A DNA stretch of 64,000 bases from Gloeobacterales cyanobacterium (GTDB lineage Bacteria; Cyanobacteriota; Cyanobacteriia; Gloeobacterales; PMM-0068). The notes under the pieces were generated by a model, which had not been told where the DNA came from, ran no database searches, and saw only the letters and a list, made by a program, of their open reading frames with translations. Every line of letters begins with the position of its first letter. The stretch's first letter is position 1. Position numbers and translations under genes: made by a program. Positions 48,987 to 58,175 of this stretch are shown in pieces. The stretch lies in the NCBI GenBank assembly GCA_038245785.1, contig JBBRSB010000011.1, positions 32,001 to 96,000 on the forward strand. The letters run 5' to 3'.

Positions 48987-49946
48987 GTGTCCCAAGCGCT
49001 GCCCTATCTACTCCATAGCGAAGTACTCAAAGAGCGCTTTGGCAAAAAAGTATTCAAAGTCACTCTGGATGCAGGTTTTGACTGTCCCAATCGAGATGGT
49101 ACACGTGCTAAGGGGGGTTGCACTTTTTGTGATGCTTCCGGTTCTTCTGCGCAAATCACCCCACCGGCTACGCCTTTAGCCGAGCAGCTAGAGCAAGGGA
49201 TTGCTCGGTGGAAAGCTCGCTACGGAGACAAAGCACAGAAATTTGTTGCATACTATCAGGCATTTACGAATACCCATGCGCCGGTGGAACGTTTAGCCGA
49301 GGTCTATGAAGTAGGGCTCAAGCATCCCGAAGTGGTAGGACTTGCCATTGGCACCCGTCCTGATGCTGTCCCTGAAGCGACTTTAGACCTGCTTGCTGAT
49401 ATAGCCCAGCGCAAATATCTATGGGTGGAATACGGTCTCCAGTCAGCCCATAACCAAACCTTGGAATTTATCAATCGCGCTCATACCGTTGAAGAATGGT
49501 CCGATGCCGTCCAGCGAACGCAGCGTCGGGGCATCGAAATCTGTGGACACTTGATTCATGGCCTGCCCTACGCTCCAGGACAGATGGAAACCCCAGAAAT
49601 GATGATGCAATCAGTGGATTTAATGGCCCGTAGTGGTGTGACGGGCATCAAAATTCATTCTCTGCATATTGTGCGGGGGTCGATTATGGCCTTTCAGTAC
49701 AAAATGGGCGATATACCCATGTTTTCGATGGGAGAATACGTGCACTGGGTCTGTGATTCTCTAGAACGTCTTCCTGCACAGATGCAAATTCATCGACTCA
49801 CCGGAGACGGCCTCAAGCATTTATTGATTGCTCCAGAGTGGTCTCGGGATAAACGAGTGGTGTTGACTGCAATTACTAAGGAGATGGAACGGCGCGGAAC
49901 AGTCCAGGGCGCAAAATATGTTTCCCCTCTTCCTGTGCATACTTGA
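48987..49946 (+). CDS. TIGR01212 (YhcC-like) radical SAM protein
   Basis: FDCPNRDG..GGCTFC, YQAFTNTH, IGTRPD, VEYGLQS, IHRLTGD. Confidence 0.93.
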   Translation: MSQALPYLLHSEVLKERFGKKVFKVTLDAGFDCPNRDGTRAKGGCTFCDASGSSAQITPPATPLAEQLEQGIARWKARYGDKAQKFVAYYQAFTNTHAPVERLAEVYEVGLKHPEVVGLAIGTRPDAVPEATLDLLADIAQRKYLWVEYGLQSAHNQTLEFINRAHTVEEWSDAVQRTQRRGIEICGHLIHGLPYAPGQMETPEMMMQSVDLMARSGVTGIKIHSLHIVRGSIMAFQYKMGDIPMFSMGEYVHWVCDSLERLPAQMQIHRLTGDGLKHLLIAPEWSRDKRVVLTAITKEMERRGTVQGAKYVSPLPVHT

Positions 49947-49950
49947 CTAG

Positions 49951-50046
49951 AAATCCCCCCAGAAAAGCCATTCAATGCTTCAAGTAGCATTGCCCCCCTT
50001 TTACTCTTACGGGAAGGCTGCGCCTAGAAGGGGGGAGGGGGGATCT
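49951..50046. repeat. GC-rich REP-like element between convergent genes
   Basis: ATCCCCCC...GGGGGGAT outer arms; core similar to 3428-3500. Confidence 0.5.
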
Positions 50047-50663
50047 CACCAGGTGGCTGCTGCCTTTTGGACAGCAGAATGTGCTTCTCCCAGCACTTGG
50101 TCACGGACCTCATCCCCTTGATTCAGCGCATTGGCATGGATGAACTGAACATCCGTCACGCCGATGAAGCCAAAGATTCCTCTCAGGTAAGGCTCTTGGA
50201 AATCATAGGGAGCCATAAACTCTGGACGGAAGTCACTGCCCCGAGCCGTGATGAAGAGCATCTTTTTACCTTCGACCAAACCCTTCAAGCCCTCAGGACC
50301 CACCGCAAAGGTACGACCAGCACGGACAATTTGGTCGATATAGGCTTTGAAGGTAGAAGGTACATTGAGGTTGTACATAGGAACCCCAAAGACGTAGCGG
50401 TCTGCAGTCAAAAATTCATCTACCAGTTCATCGGAAACTTTAATCGCTGCGGCCATCTCAGGCGTATGCATATCAGGAGGCGTAAAGGACCCTCCTACCC
50501 AAGCTTCATCCACATGAGGCACGGGATAGCGTCCAAGGTCCCGATAGGTAACAGTGTCATCAGGGTGCCCAGCATTCCAATGACTTACGAATTCTTTAGA
50601 AAGCGTACGAGAGTAAGAGCGCTCACCACGAGGACTAGCATCAATATGAAGAATGTGGGCCAT
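50046..50663 (-). CDS. azoR: FMN-dependent NADH-azoreductase
   Basis: ILHIDASPRG..S, PMYNLNVPSTFKAYID, TARG, YLRGIFGFIG. Confidence 0.92.
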   Translation of the reverse strand: MAHILHIDASPRGERSYSRTLSKEFVSHWNAGHPDDTVTYRDLGRYPVPHVDEAWVGGSFTPPDMHTPEMAAAIKVSDELVDEFLTADRYVFGVPMYNLNVPSTFKAYIDQIVRAGRTFAVGPEGLKGLVEGKKMLFITARGSDFRPEFMAPYDFQEPYLRGIFGFIGVTDVQFIHANALNQGDEVRDQVLGEAHSAVQKAAATW

Positions 50664-50756
50664 GAAATAGTCTCCTTAGATCTAGAAATTAGGCTTTTTG
50701 CCAAAGTTAGTTTTTTTGCGGATGCCCTTAGGAATCGACATTACCCAAATCCTATA

Positions 50757-50800
50757 AGTATTCACTTTCTTTTGTAAAGTAGGTACCTTTAAGTAACTAC
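50757..50800. promoter_or_regulatory. Candidate operator region for the HxlR-family regulator between azoR and hxlR
   Basis: AAGTATTCACTTT..GTAAAGTAGGTACC..AAGTAACTAC repeated half-sites in the divergent promoter. Confidence 0.35.
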
Positions 50801-50802
50801 CC

Positions 50803-51219
50803 ATGATTAAGCGAATATCTATGCCTCTATCAATCGTCGAACAGGCTGAACAAAAGGATACAGAGTGCCATAAATACTGTCCTGTGAACAAACTCCTCAA
50901 TCTTCTATCAGGCCCTTGGACTATGTATATCCTCTGGATTCTCCAAAGCCAAGGAGCCATGCGCTTTGGAGTTCTTAAACATCAAGTCGAGGGCATCTCC
51001 ACCAAAGTTCTTACAGAGCGCTTGCGAATGCTGGAAACGGAAGGTCTGATCTATCGAGATTACGTACCGACGGTCCCACCTCAGGTTACCTACGGGTTGA
51101 CAGCACGGATGAAAGACCTCACCGAAGTGCTAGAGCAACTGAGTGCCATTGCCCAACGTTGGTATAGCCAGGAACAGTTTACACAGGGCAGACATACAGA
51201 CAAAAGAGAGGATATTTAA
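50803..51219 (+). CDS. HxlR/MarR-DUF24 family transcriptional regulator
   Basis: CPVNKLL..GPWT, MRFG.LK..GISTKVLTERLR, VPPQVTYGLT; divergent from azoR. Confidence 0.92.
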   Translation: MIKRISMPLSIVEQAEQKDTECHKYCPVNKLLNLLSGPWTMYILWILQSQGAMRFGVLKHQVEGISTKVLTERLRMLETEGLIYRDYVPTVPPQVTYGLTARMKDLTEVLEQLSAIAQRWYSQEQFTQGRHTDKREDI

Positions 51220-51443
51220 TGGTGACCAGCATAAAACAAGTTAGCCCAAGCGCTCAGATCTCCCTCGGCAAAAAGTATGCGGAGAAAACGGTGATCATTG
51301 AGCAACCGGAGGAAGGTGTTTGGGTAATTAAAACAGCTATCACCATTCCTAAAAACGAACTCTGGTTGCACCAAGAACCGTTTAAATCAAAACTTGATGC
51401 TGCTATCAAACAGGCGGCGAGTAGGAACACGAATCCCAAATAA
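51219..51443 (+). CDS. Small protein resembling AbrB-like antitoxins (orphan)
   Basis: IKQVSPSAQISLGKKYA..GVWVIKT..IPKNELWLH; TAATG overlap with hxlR. Confidence 0.55.
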   Translation: MVTSIKQVSPSAQISLGKKYAEKTVIIEQPEEGVWVIKTAITIPKNELWLHQEPFKSKLDAAIKQAASRNTNPK

Positions 51444-51451
51444 CAGAACAC

Positions 51452-51910
51452 CTAACCAGGAATCAAGGCTCTTTGGCATTCTGGGCAAACGGCATGAATC
51501 GTCAGCTGGCAGTCTAAAAGCTTAAACCCATGTTTCTGAGACTGCTTAGAGCCTACTTGCAGAATGGAGTTGCTCTTGAACTCAATGGTCTGATTGCAGC
51601 GTACGCACACGAGATGATGGTGATGATGAGGATAGGACTGATTCAGCTCGTAGTGCTTGTGTCCTTCTGCCAGCTCTAATTCTCGGAGGATGCCTAGGCG
51701 AGACAGTAGCTTGACCGTGCGATATACCGTGGACAGACTAATGCCGGTATCTACTTCCAGCAATTTATAGTGCAAATCTTCAGCACTTAGATGATTTCCT
51801 TCTGGCAATTCCTGAAAAATTTTGAGAATCGTCTCCCTCTGCGGAGTCAGCCGCCAACCTTTTGAGTTCAGTTCTGCCTTGAGGGTATCTGGGGTGTATT
51901 GCGTGACCAT
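51452..51910 (-). CDS. fur: Ferric uptake regulator
   Basis: RLTPQR, HLSAEDL, STVYRT, HHHHHLVCVRC, CPEC. Confidence 0.95.
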   Translation of the reverse strand: MVTQYTPDTLKAELNSKGWRLTPQRETILKIFQELPEGNHLSAEDLHYKLLEVDTGISLSTVYRTVKLLSRLGILRELELAEGHKHYELNQSYPHHHHHLVCVRCNQTIEFKSNSILQVGSKQSQKHGFKLLDCQLTIHAVCPECQRALIPG

Positions 51911-52066
51911 AGGATTATCAAGAAGAGCGGCTTATTGAGAATATAGCTTATTTCTTCGACCAGCGTCTCGAAACCAGGCATTATTAATGTTGCGTTTTGT
52001 AGTAAATATGAAATCCTTGCCAGGATTGAATTGTAGGCTATGGACTCATAGCTATTCTAATCCTCT

Positions 52067-52570
52067 ATGACTCCTTTTTCTCTTGAACCGCCGGATCTTA
52101 GCCTCGCCACCTTTATCGCTCCCGATGCGCAAGTGATCGGTGCGGTCCGTCTTGAGGAGGGCGTAAGTATCTGGTACGGCGCTGTGCTTCGAGGGGATGT
52201 AGAACGGATTGTGGTTGGCCGTTCAACGAATATTCAGGACGGAGCCATACTCCATGGAGATCCTGGAATGCCCACAGTTCTGGGTAACTATGTGACGGTG
52301 GGACATCGGGCCATCGTTCATTCTGCCACCGTGGAAGACGGGGTAATGATTGGGATGGGCGCTATCTTGCTCAATGGGGTAACGGTCGGGAAAGGTTCGA
52401 TTGTCGCAGCAGGGGCCGTTGTAACCAAAGATGTATCTCCTTATACCCTTGTCGCAGGAGTACCTAGCAAACCTATGCGTGTTATTTCTCCAGAAGAAGC
52501 AGAGGGCCTGATGCACCATGCCCAACACTATGAAGAGTTGGCTAGAGCCTATAAAGACAAAGGTCTTTAG
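52067..52570 (+). CDS. Gamma carbonic anhydrase family (YrdA-like) protein
   Basis: Hexapeptide repeats; VLRGD, NIQDG..H, TVGH..H. Confidence 0.92.
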   Translation: MTPFSLEPPDLSLATFIAPDAQVIGAVRLEEGVSIWYGAVLRGDVERIVVGRSTNIQDGAILHGDPGMPTVLGNYVTVGHRAIVHSATVEDGVMIGMGAILLNGVTVGKGSIVAAGAVVTKDVSPYTLVAGVPSKPMRVISPEEAEGLMHHAQHYEELARAYKDKGL

Positions 52571-52650
52571 CAATTAATGAACCTATTTATCAGTTTTGCT
52601 CATGCGCAGCAAGTTTAAATTTTATAAAATCTTTCTAAGTTCAATTATCT

Positions 52651-52905
52651 CTAGTGCTGCTGAGTACTTTGGCGCATGTCTCTTGCCCTTACACGTACAG
52701 AGCTAAAGGACCGTAGACGACGCTCAAGCGAGTTTTGAAAGTCAGCAGGTTGGGTAAGCAGATTTCTATGAGTGAGGGCAAATCTACGCACGCTCAGCGT
52801 CAAGCGAAAAGCAACAGGCAAAACAAGGCACCCGAGAAAAAAGCCTAACAGATAGAATGCCCTTGTTATAGTATTTCGGTCAATTGTCATAAGATTCAGC
52901 CTCAT
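52651..52905 (-). CDS. Small hypothetical membrane protein
   Basis: One hydrophobic segment and a basic tail; fills the intergenic gap. Confidence 0.4.
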   Translation of the reverse strand: MRLNLMTIDRNTITRAFYLLGFFLGCLVLPVAFRLTLSVRRFALTHRNLLTQPADFQNSLERRLRSFSSVRVRARDMRQSTQQH

Positions 52906-52996
52906 ACAGCTTGTTTACAAAAGAGATAGGGCACCATAATCTGTTGCCACAATATTGTAAAGAACAGCCGCCTCTAAAAAAGCCGACTCTTCGCAT

Positions 52997-53037
52997 TAGC
53001 GGTTAGGGGAAAGGTAAAATACCAGGCTAACCGCTAA
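52997..53037 (-). terminator. Stem-loop downstream of the DUF2993 gene
   Basis: TTAGCGGTTAG...CTAACCGCTAA 11-bp arms. Confidence 0.5.
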
Positions 53038-53045
53038 CTTACTGT

Positions 53046-53795
53046 TTATGCTGATGGAAATTGTTTAACCAACGCTTCGGATTCAAGCGTTAATTTTCCT
53101 ATTTGAACATCAAGCTTTTTCAGGTTCAAAGAAAAGCCTTCTAACTTGAAGTTGCGCAAGTCTAAAAGTTCACGAACCTGTTCCACAAGGGCCTCTGTCA
53201 ATTCTGGTGAAACATCCTGCCCTTCCTGGGATTGTATGTCTTCTAAGATTAGCTGTTTGCCATCAGGACTTACCTTAGGCACCGCCGTAAAGGAAACTCG
53301 CTTTCTCTCTTGAGTGGCTTGTATATTGAGATCGGCGCTTAGAGAAATCTTACCTTCACCAGGCAAACCAAAATTGATAGTGCCGTTGTCAACAGTTGCA
53401 AGCTCTCCGTTAACATACACATCCATCTTCTGCATTTTTTTATGGAGAAAATCTGAGTTGAAAGCACGATTGATATCTGCTTCTGTTAGTACCACATGGG
53501 CCTCAGCTTCAGTGGGGTTTTTTAGTTCGATTTTGCCGAAAGCAGCGCTTACAGGATTGATAGAAACACTTCCTGTGTGAAGCTGCATTTCTTCAATTCG
53601 GAGGTCTTGGTTCATCACCAAACCTTCTCCTTTGATCTCAACAGAGTCAACAGCTCCAGAAACCAACTTCAGGGGATTAGTCTCGATGTTTACGTCCAAA
53701 TTTTCAACTTCATCTAATTGACTAGAAATTCCAACTTCCGCAGCCTTATTAATTGCTTGTTCACCTAAGCCTGACATGTAGCGCTCCATTGTCAA
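53046..53795 (-). CDS. DUF2993 / LmeA-like protein
   Basis: LGEQAINKAAE.GISSQLD, VLTEADINRAFNS. Confidence 0.85.
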   Translation of the reverse strand: MTMERYMSGLGEQAINKAAEVGISSQLDEVENLDVNIETNPLKLVSGAVDSVEIKGEGLVMNQDLRIEEMQLHTGSVSINPVSAAFGKIELKNPTEAEAHVVLTEADINRAFNSDFLHKKMQKMDVYVNGELATVDNGTINFGLPGEGKISLSADLNIQATQERKRVSFTAVPKVSPDGKQLILEDIQSQEGQDVSPELTEALVEQVRELLDLRNFKLEGFSLNLKKLDVQIGKLTLESEALVKQFPSA

Positions 53796-53974
53796 TATAT
53801 TTATCGGTACTCTAAGTCATGGGAGTCAGTCATCGAATCTGCACCATGGTAGAAAGGTTGGTCGATCGTGCTCTACTGAGGGGAATAGATTAGCCTGTAG
53901 CTATACATAGAAGCAAAAAGTATTTTAAATCTGAAGGAAATAGGAAAAAATCCTGAGCCTTTGCAATAGGCAGA

Positions 53975-54271
53975 TTACAAAGGCAGACAGCATGGAATGA
54001 TTATGCAACGTGCCTGGCCCTTGTTGTTGCGTGCGCGCAGGAGGCGGCTTGCCTCAGAGCAGTCACCAAATTGACGCCGGGAGATGCCTAGAGCCTTGCT
54101 AAGGGGTTCTTCATACAGGGCGCGTTTAACACGAGCCGAGCACGACTCGCCATTATGCACTATACGGTGAGCACAGCCGAAACCCTTGCGCGGCGAGATA
54201 TAGCGTTGATAAAGGCCGATTCCGGCAATACTGAACCGCCGAGTCGAGGAATCTAGAATTAGTGACGACAT
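53975..54271 (-). CDS. YidD-like (membrane protein insertion efficiency / haemolytic domain) protein
   Basis: IGLYQRYISPRKGFGCAHR..SCS; AAGGAG RBS before ATG 54271. Confidence 0.8.
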   Translation of the reverse strand: MSSLILDSSTRRFSIAGIGLYQRYISPRKGFGCAHRIVHNGESCSARVKRALYEEPLSKALGISRRQFGDCSEASRLLRARNNKGQARCIIIPCCLPL

Positions 54272-54569
54272 ACGTGCTCCTTGCGCCGGGCAACAGTCAT
54301 TTCTTACCAACCTTACTAACTCAGCCCTTGCTTAGAGCTCACCCGTAGGAGTGATATTCGCTTACCCGGCTGTATTCGGCTCACTACCCGGGCGTAGTTC
54401 GACCTGTGAACTACTCAGCCCACCTAGGCAGCCCCACCCCAGAAGGAATCTATGATCTTGGAGAGCTGCTCATGGTGCTCGACGATTGCCATAGGACCGG
54501 GGATGAGCGGTACTAGTTCGCAGCCAGGCAAGGCATCCGCCAAGAAATGGCTTGCCTGCGGTTATTGGA

Positions 54570-55460
54570 CTACTTGATAACACGAACTGCATGTTTAGAA
54601 GGCTCGATTGGTAATCCCCTATACTTAGAATAAACCTGTGTAAACTCTGCACCAAATAGCAAAATCTGGGCAGAATAGAACACCCAAATAAGGACTACAA
54701 CCAATGATCCTGCTGCTCCATAAGCTGAACCAATACTGCTAGTTCCTAGATATAGTCCAAGCACAAACTTTCCCAGGTTGAATAACAGGGCTGTCACGCC
54801 CGCACCAACCCAGAGATTTTCCCAGGGAATAGTAACATCGGGCAAAAACTTATAAATCGCTGCAATTAAAGCAGTGACCACAGCAAATGAGATTATAAAG
54901 TTGGCTATCTGGCCGACAACTAAAAATCCAGGTACTAAACTGCCAAAGTAGGATGAGATTGCTGCTAGAGCGGCTGATAGAACGAGTGAGACTAGTAATA
55001 GAAATCCAATAACTAGCACCATTCCAAACGATAAAAATCGAGATTGAAGAAAGCTCTTAATACTGTTGCCAGGCTTTGGCCTAACTTCCCAAATCTTGTT
55101 AAGCGCAACTTGAAGTTGACCGAATACACCAGACGCCCCAAATAAAAGAATAACGACTCCGGTAATAGTTGCGATTGTGCCGCCAGACCCAGGTCGATTC
55201 GCATTTTGAATCATCGCCTGAATCGCCTCTGCTCCCTCTTTGCCGACCAAACCTTGAATCTGTCCGATAATTTCGCCACGTGCTGCCTCTTCTCCAAAAA
55301 AGAATCCGGCAATAGCGATTGCAATCAACAGTAAAGGAGCGAGAGAAAATACAGTGTAGTACGCTAGGGCAGCAGCAAAAAGTGGCACGTTGTCTTCATT
55401 CCACTCTGCTACTGTCTCTTTGATCAGCTTGAAGCCGTCATCCAAAGACATGGTTTTCAC
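54570..55460 (-). CDS. YihY/BrkB family membrane protein
   Basis: AAALAYYTVFSLAPLL, YGAAGSLVVVLIWVFYSAQILLFGAEF. Confidence 0.95.
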   Translation of the reverse strand: MKTMSLDDGFKLIKETVAEWNEDNVPLFAAALAYYTVFSLAPLLLIAIAIAGFFFGEEAARGEIIGQIQGLVGKEGAEAIQAMIQNANRPGSGGTIATITGVVILLFGASGVFGQLQVALNKIWEVRPKPGNSIKSFLQSRFLSFGMVLVIGFLLLVSLVLSAALAAISSYFGSLVPGFLVVGQIANFIISFAVVTALIAAIYKFLPDVTIPWENLWVGAGVTALLFNLGKFVLGLYLGTSSIGSAYGAAGSLVVVLIWVFYSAQILLFGAEFTQVYSKYRGLPIEPSKHAVRVIK

Positions 55461-55742
55461 TCTCTTCTCCGAACTAAATAGGTCTGGATAGCCGTGGGTA
55501 GAATCTTACGCAAAAACGCTCGATTCCGCCCCTATCCTGAGGCGTACATTCGCGAAAACCCTTTAAATATTATGCTCGAGCGTTGGTCCAGCTTGATAGA
55601 GCAAGCAGATGCTATGTCTAAGGGTAGAGAAGACTGAATATTTTGAGCCCTAATCCCTATCCTAAGGTAGTAGGACCGAAAAACCCAAAGTCGTACGCTA
55701 ATACATAACGTCAAAAATGATCCTTGAACGAGGTTTTTCATT

Positions 55743-56162
55743 ATGTCTGATTTAAAAAACGAAGAGCAGCTACGTCCTGAGCTTACGACCGAAGAAAGAG
55801 AAGAACTGGTGGACCATAGACTCACCCGAAAAGAGGCCATCGAGAGAGACGGCTATGATTCTATGCCTATAGAAGCGGCAGCTCCCGAAGGCCCAGCTAT
55901 ACTGCCTTCTACTGACGAAGAGGTTATTGCTGAAAACCTTAGCGGCACCAATCATTACACGGTGGACCAAGATGGATTAATGAACAACTATCCCGTGGAG
56001 CCAGAAATGTACTTCGAGGTTCCGGGTGACGCACGCGAGGAAAATGAAGCTGAGAAAGCAGCCCGTGCACAGGAACGCAGGGAAGTGACTGAGAACAGTT
56101 TAGGTGACTCTGAGGGAGAGGAACATGTTGGCAGTCACGGTAAGGGCGTAGGAATCATTTAG
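55743..56162 (+). CDS. Acidic hypothetical protein carrying a Psb34/Ssl1498-like motif
   Basis: YTVDQDGLMNNYPVEPEMY; Glu-rich, no TM; GAGG RBS. Confidence 0.75.
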   Translation: MSDLKNEEQLRPELTTEEREELVDHRLTRKEAIERDGYDSMPIEAAAPEGPAILPSTDEEVIAENLSGTNHYTVDQDGLMNNYPVEPEMYFEVPGDAREENEAEKAARAQERREVTENSLGDSEGEEHVGSHGKGVGII

Positions 56163-56191
56163 TAGAAGCGCTCTAGCTTGAAACGTGGTGC

Positions 56192-56878
56192 TTATCCTCT
56201 CAATCCCCCGCTTTTTTGAGAAGCCGGGGATTTTTGGACTGTGGCAAAAGCAAGAAAATTGGCAAGCAAAGACAGTCCCAGATTGGATGATTTTTCTGGG
56301 TGAAACTGGGTTGCGATTACGTTGTCTTTCCATACGGCAGCAGTAAAGGTTTGGTTCCCATGGGTGCTGGTAGCCGCAATAACCTTTGGGTCGCTGGGAA
56401 CCGCAAAGTAGGAATGGACAAAATAGACCCAAGGTTTCTGAGGAACCCCCTTCCAAATAGGACAATCTTTAGGTTTTAGATCTAGCTGATTCCAACCCAT
56501 ATGGGGCACCGTCAGTCCTGGTTCTACTAGAAAGCGTTTTACTCGCCCCGATAGGATGCCCAGTCCTAGTTCTACGCCTTCATCAGAACCATCAAAGAGC
56601 ATCTGAAGACCAACGCAAATACCCAGAAAGGGTTTGCCTGAATTGATAGCACGATGGATAGGCTCTTCTAAACCGTATTCTCGGAATTTCTTGATCGAAG
56701 GGTCGAAAGCCCCTACCCCAGGCAAAACCAGCCCATCAGCCTGGTCGATTTCTTTTGCATCTCGGGTTACTACCACCTCTAGTAGGTTCCCTGGGAACGC
56801 ACTACCTGCATACAACAATCCTTTGCGCGCAGAGTGGAGGTTGCCAGAACCATAGTCGATTAGTGCAATGCGGGTCAT
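56192..56878 (-). CDS. hisH: Imidazole glycerol phosphate synthase glutaminase subunit
   Basis: IDYGSGNL, LPGVGAF, GICVGLQ, VPHMGWN, YFVHSY, QFHPEKS. Confidence 0.97.
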   Translation of the reverse strand: MTRIALIDYGSGNLHSARKGLLYAGSAFPGNLLEVVVTRDAKEIDQADGLVLPGVGAFDPSIKKFREYGLEEPIHRAINSGKPFLGICVGLQMLFDGSDEGVELGLGILSGRVKRFLVEPGLTVPHMGWNQLDLKPKDCPIWKGVPQKPWVYFVHSYFAVPSDPKVIAATSTHGNQTFTAAVWKDNVIATQFHPEKSSNLGLSLLANFLAFATVQKSPASQKSGGLRG

Positions 56879-56935
56879 GGTAGTGAATCAGAAGCTACCC
56901 TGAGTGTATCCAACTTATGTAACAACTGCTGGGCT

Positions 56936-57550
56936 ATGGGTTTCTATTCACAGTTTATATTTCCCCAATTGTTGGACTGGTCTATGTCCGGTGATGAGTT
57001 GGGACAGTATCGTCAAAAAATTCTGGCAGAGGTGCAAGGAGAAGTCTTGGAAATTGGCTTTGGCACAGGTTTAAATCTGCCGTACTACCCTGAGCGTATT
57101 CAAAAAATTACGACTATCGATGTGAATCCGGGCGTACATGCGTTAGCTGAAAAACGTATCCAAAATTCTGCGATCGAGGTCGATAATAGGGTGCTGAATG
57201 GGGAACAGCTCCCGATGGCGGACAACACGTTTGATAGCGTGGTAAGCACCTGGACGCTGTGCAGTATTGCCGATGTAGATCAGGCCCTGAAAGAAATTTA
57301 TCGAGTCTTAAAACCCGGCGGGCGCTTCTTCTTCATCGAACATGGGCTGAGTGAAGACCCCAGCGTCCGGGTCTGGCAACATCGCTTAACCCCTATCCAG
57401 AAGGTGATTGGCGATGGTTGTCATCTTGACCGCGATATCCAAACCCTGATCAAGAAGCAGTTCCAGGCCATCAGCTTGGAGCAATTTGATATGGAAAATA
57501 TCTCTAGAACCTTTGGGCACATGTACATGGGCGTTGCTACCAAAACCTAG
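56936..57550 (+). CDS. Class I SAM-dependent methyltransferase
   Basis: VLEIGFGTGLN, WTLCS, RVLKPGG, GCHLDRD. Confidence 0.92.
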   Translation: MGFYSQFIFPQLLDWSMSGDELGQYRQKILAEVQGEVLEIGFGTGLNLPYYPERIQKITTIDVNPGVHALAEKRIQNSAIEVDNRVLNGEQLPMADNTFDSVVSTWTLCSIADVDQALKEIYRVLKPGGRFFFIEHGLSEDPSVRVWQHRLTPIQKVIGDGCHLDRDIQTLIKKQFQAISLEQFDMENISRTFGHMYMGVATKT

Positions 57551-57594
57551 GCTTCCACTTTATTCCTGGGCTGGAGTGGCATAGGCTAGTAGCT

Positions 57595-57696
57595 ATGAAT
57601 ATTCTGAATGCTGTGCTTGCTGCTTTTGCCCTGCTAATTATGGGCAGTGGATTGTTCCTGCTCTTCAGTGGAGCGCGGGCCATGAATAAAAAGTAA
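57595..57696 (+). CDS. 33-aa single-TM peptide, missing from the ORF track
   Basis: MNILNAVLAAFALLIMGSGLFLLFSGARAMNKK*. Confidence 0.55.
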   Translation: MNILNAVLAAFALLIMGSGLFLLFSGARAMNKK

Positions 57697-57717
57697 AGGC
57701 TTTTAGCACTGCCGCCC

Positions 57718-58095
57718 TCACAGAAGATCTGGTAGCAACAAGTGAGCGAAGCCTGTTATCGCAAAGCAGGCGATCATCGCCCAGCTTACGCCCATCCAAA
57801 ACTGCATCATGCAGAGGGCGAGGCGTTGGTCATCAGCATGAATCCACTCTTGATTCACGGATTCCCGCAAAAGCCAGCGGCTGGCGGTGCATAAGCCCAG
57901 AATAATCAAAGCAGCCCAGATTAATAAGCCAGAATTTGGCAGGTAGAAGCTTTCCCAAGCACTCAGCGACCAAGAGGTGCCATTGTAGTTCCGCCCTAGG
58001 CGCAGCAGCAGCAGGCCCGTCGCAACCGCTGCTCCGAGACAAAATAAAACCGTACTGGCGATATTGATACGTTTTTCAATGGACGGGACGGTCAT
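57718..58095 (-). CDS. Hypothetical membrane protein
   Basis: Three hydrophobic segments. Confidence 0.6.
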   Translation of the reverse strand: MTVPSIEKRINIASTVLFCLGAAVATGLLLLRLGRNYNGTSWSLSAWESFYLPNSGLLIWAALIILGLCTASRWLLRESVNQEWIHADDQRLALCMMQFWMGVSWAMIACFAITGFAHLLLPDLL

Positions 58096-58175
58096 ATTTG
58101 GGGTAGCGAAAGCAACACTTCAGCATATTCTCACCCAATTAGCCCGGATGATCGATGCTGGATAGAGGTAATCGG

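Noticed and set aside
50067..50777. 236-aa plus-strand ORF
   Set aside because: Antisense shadow of azoR
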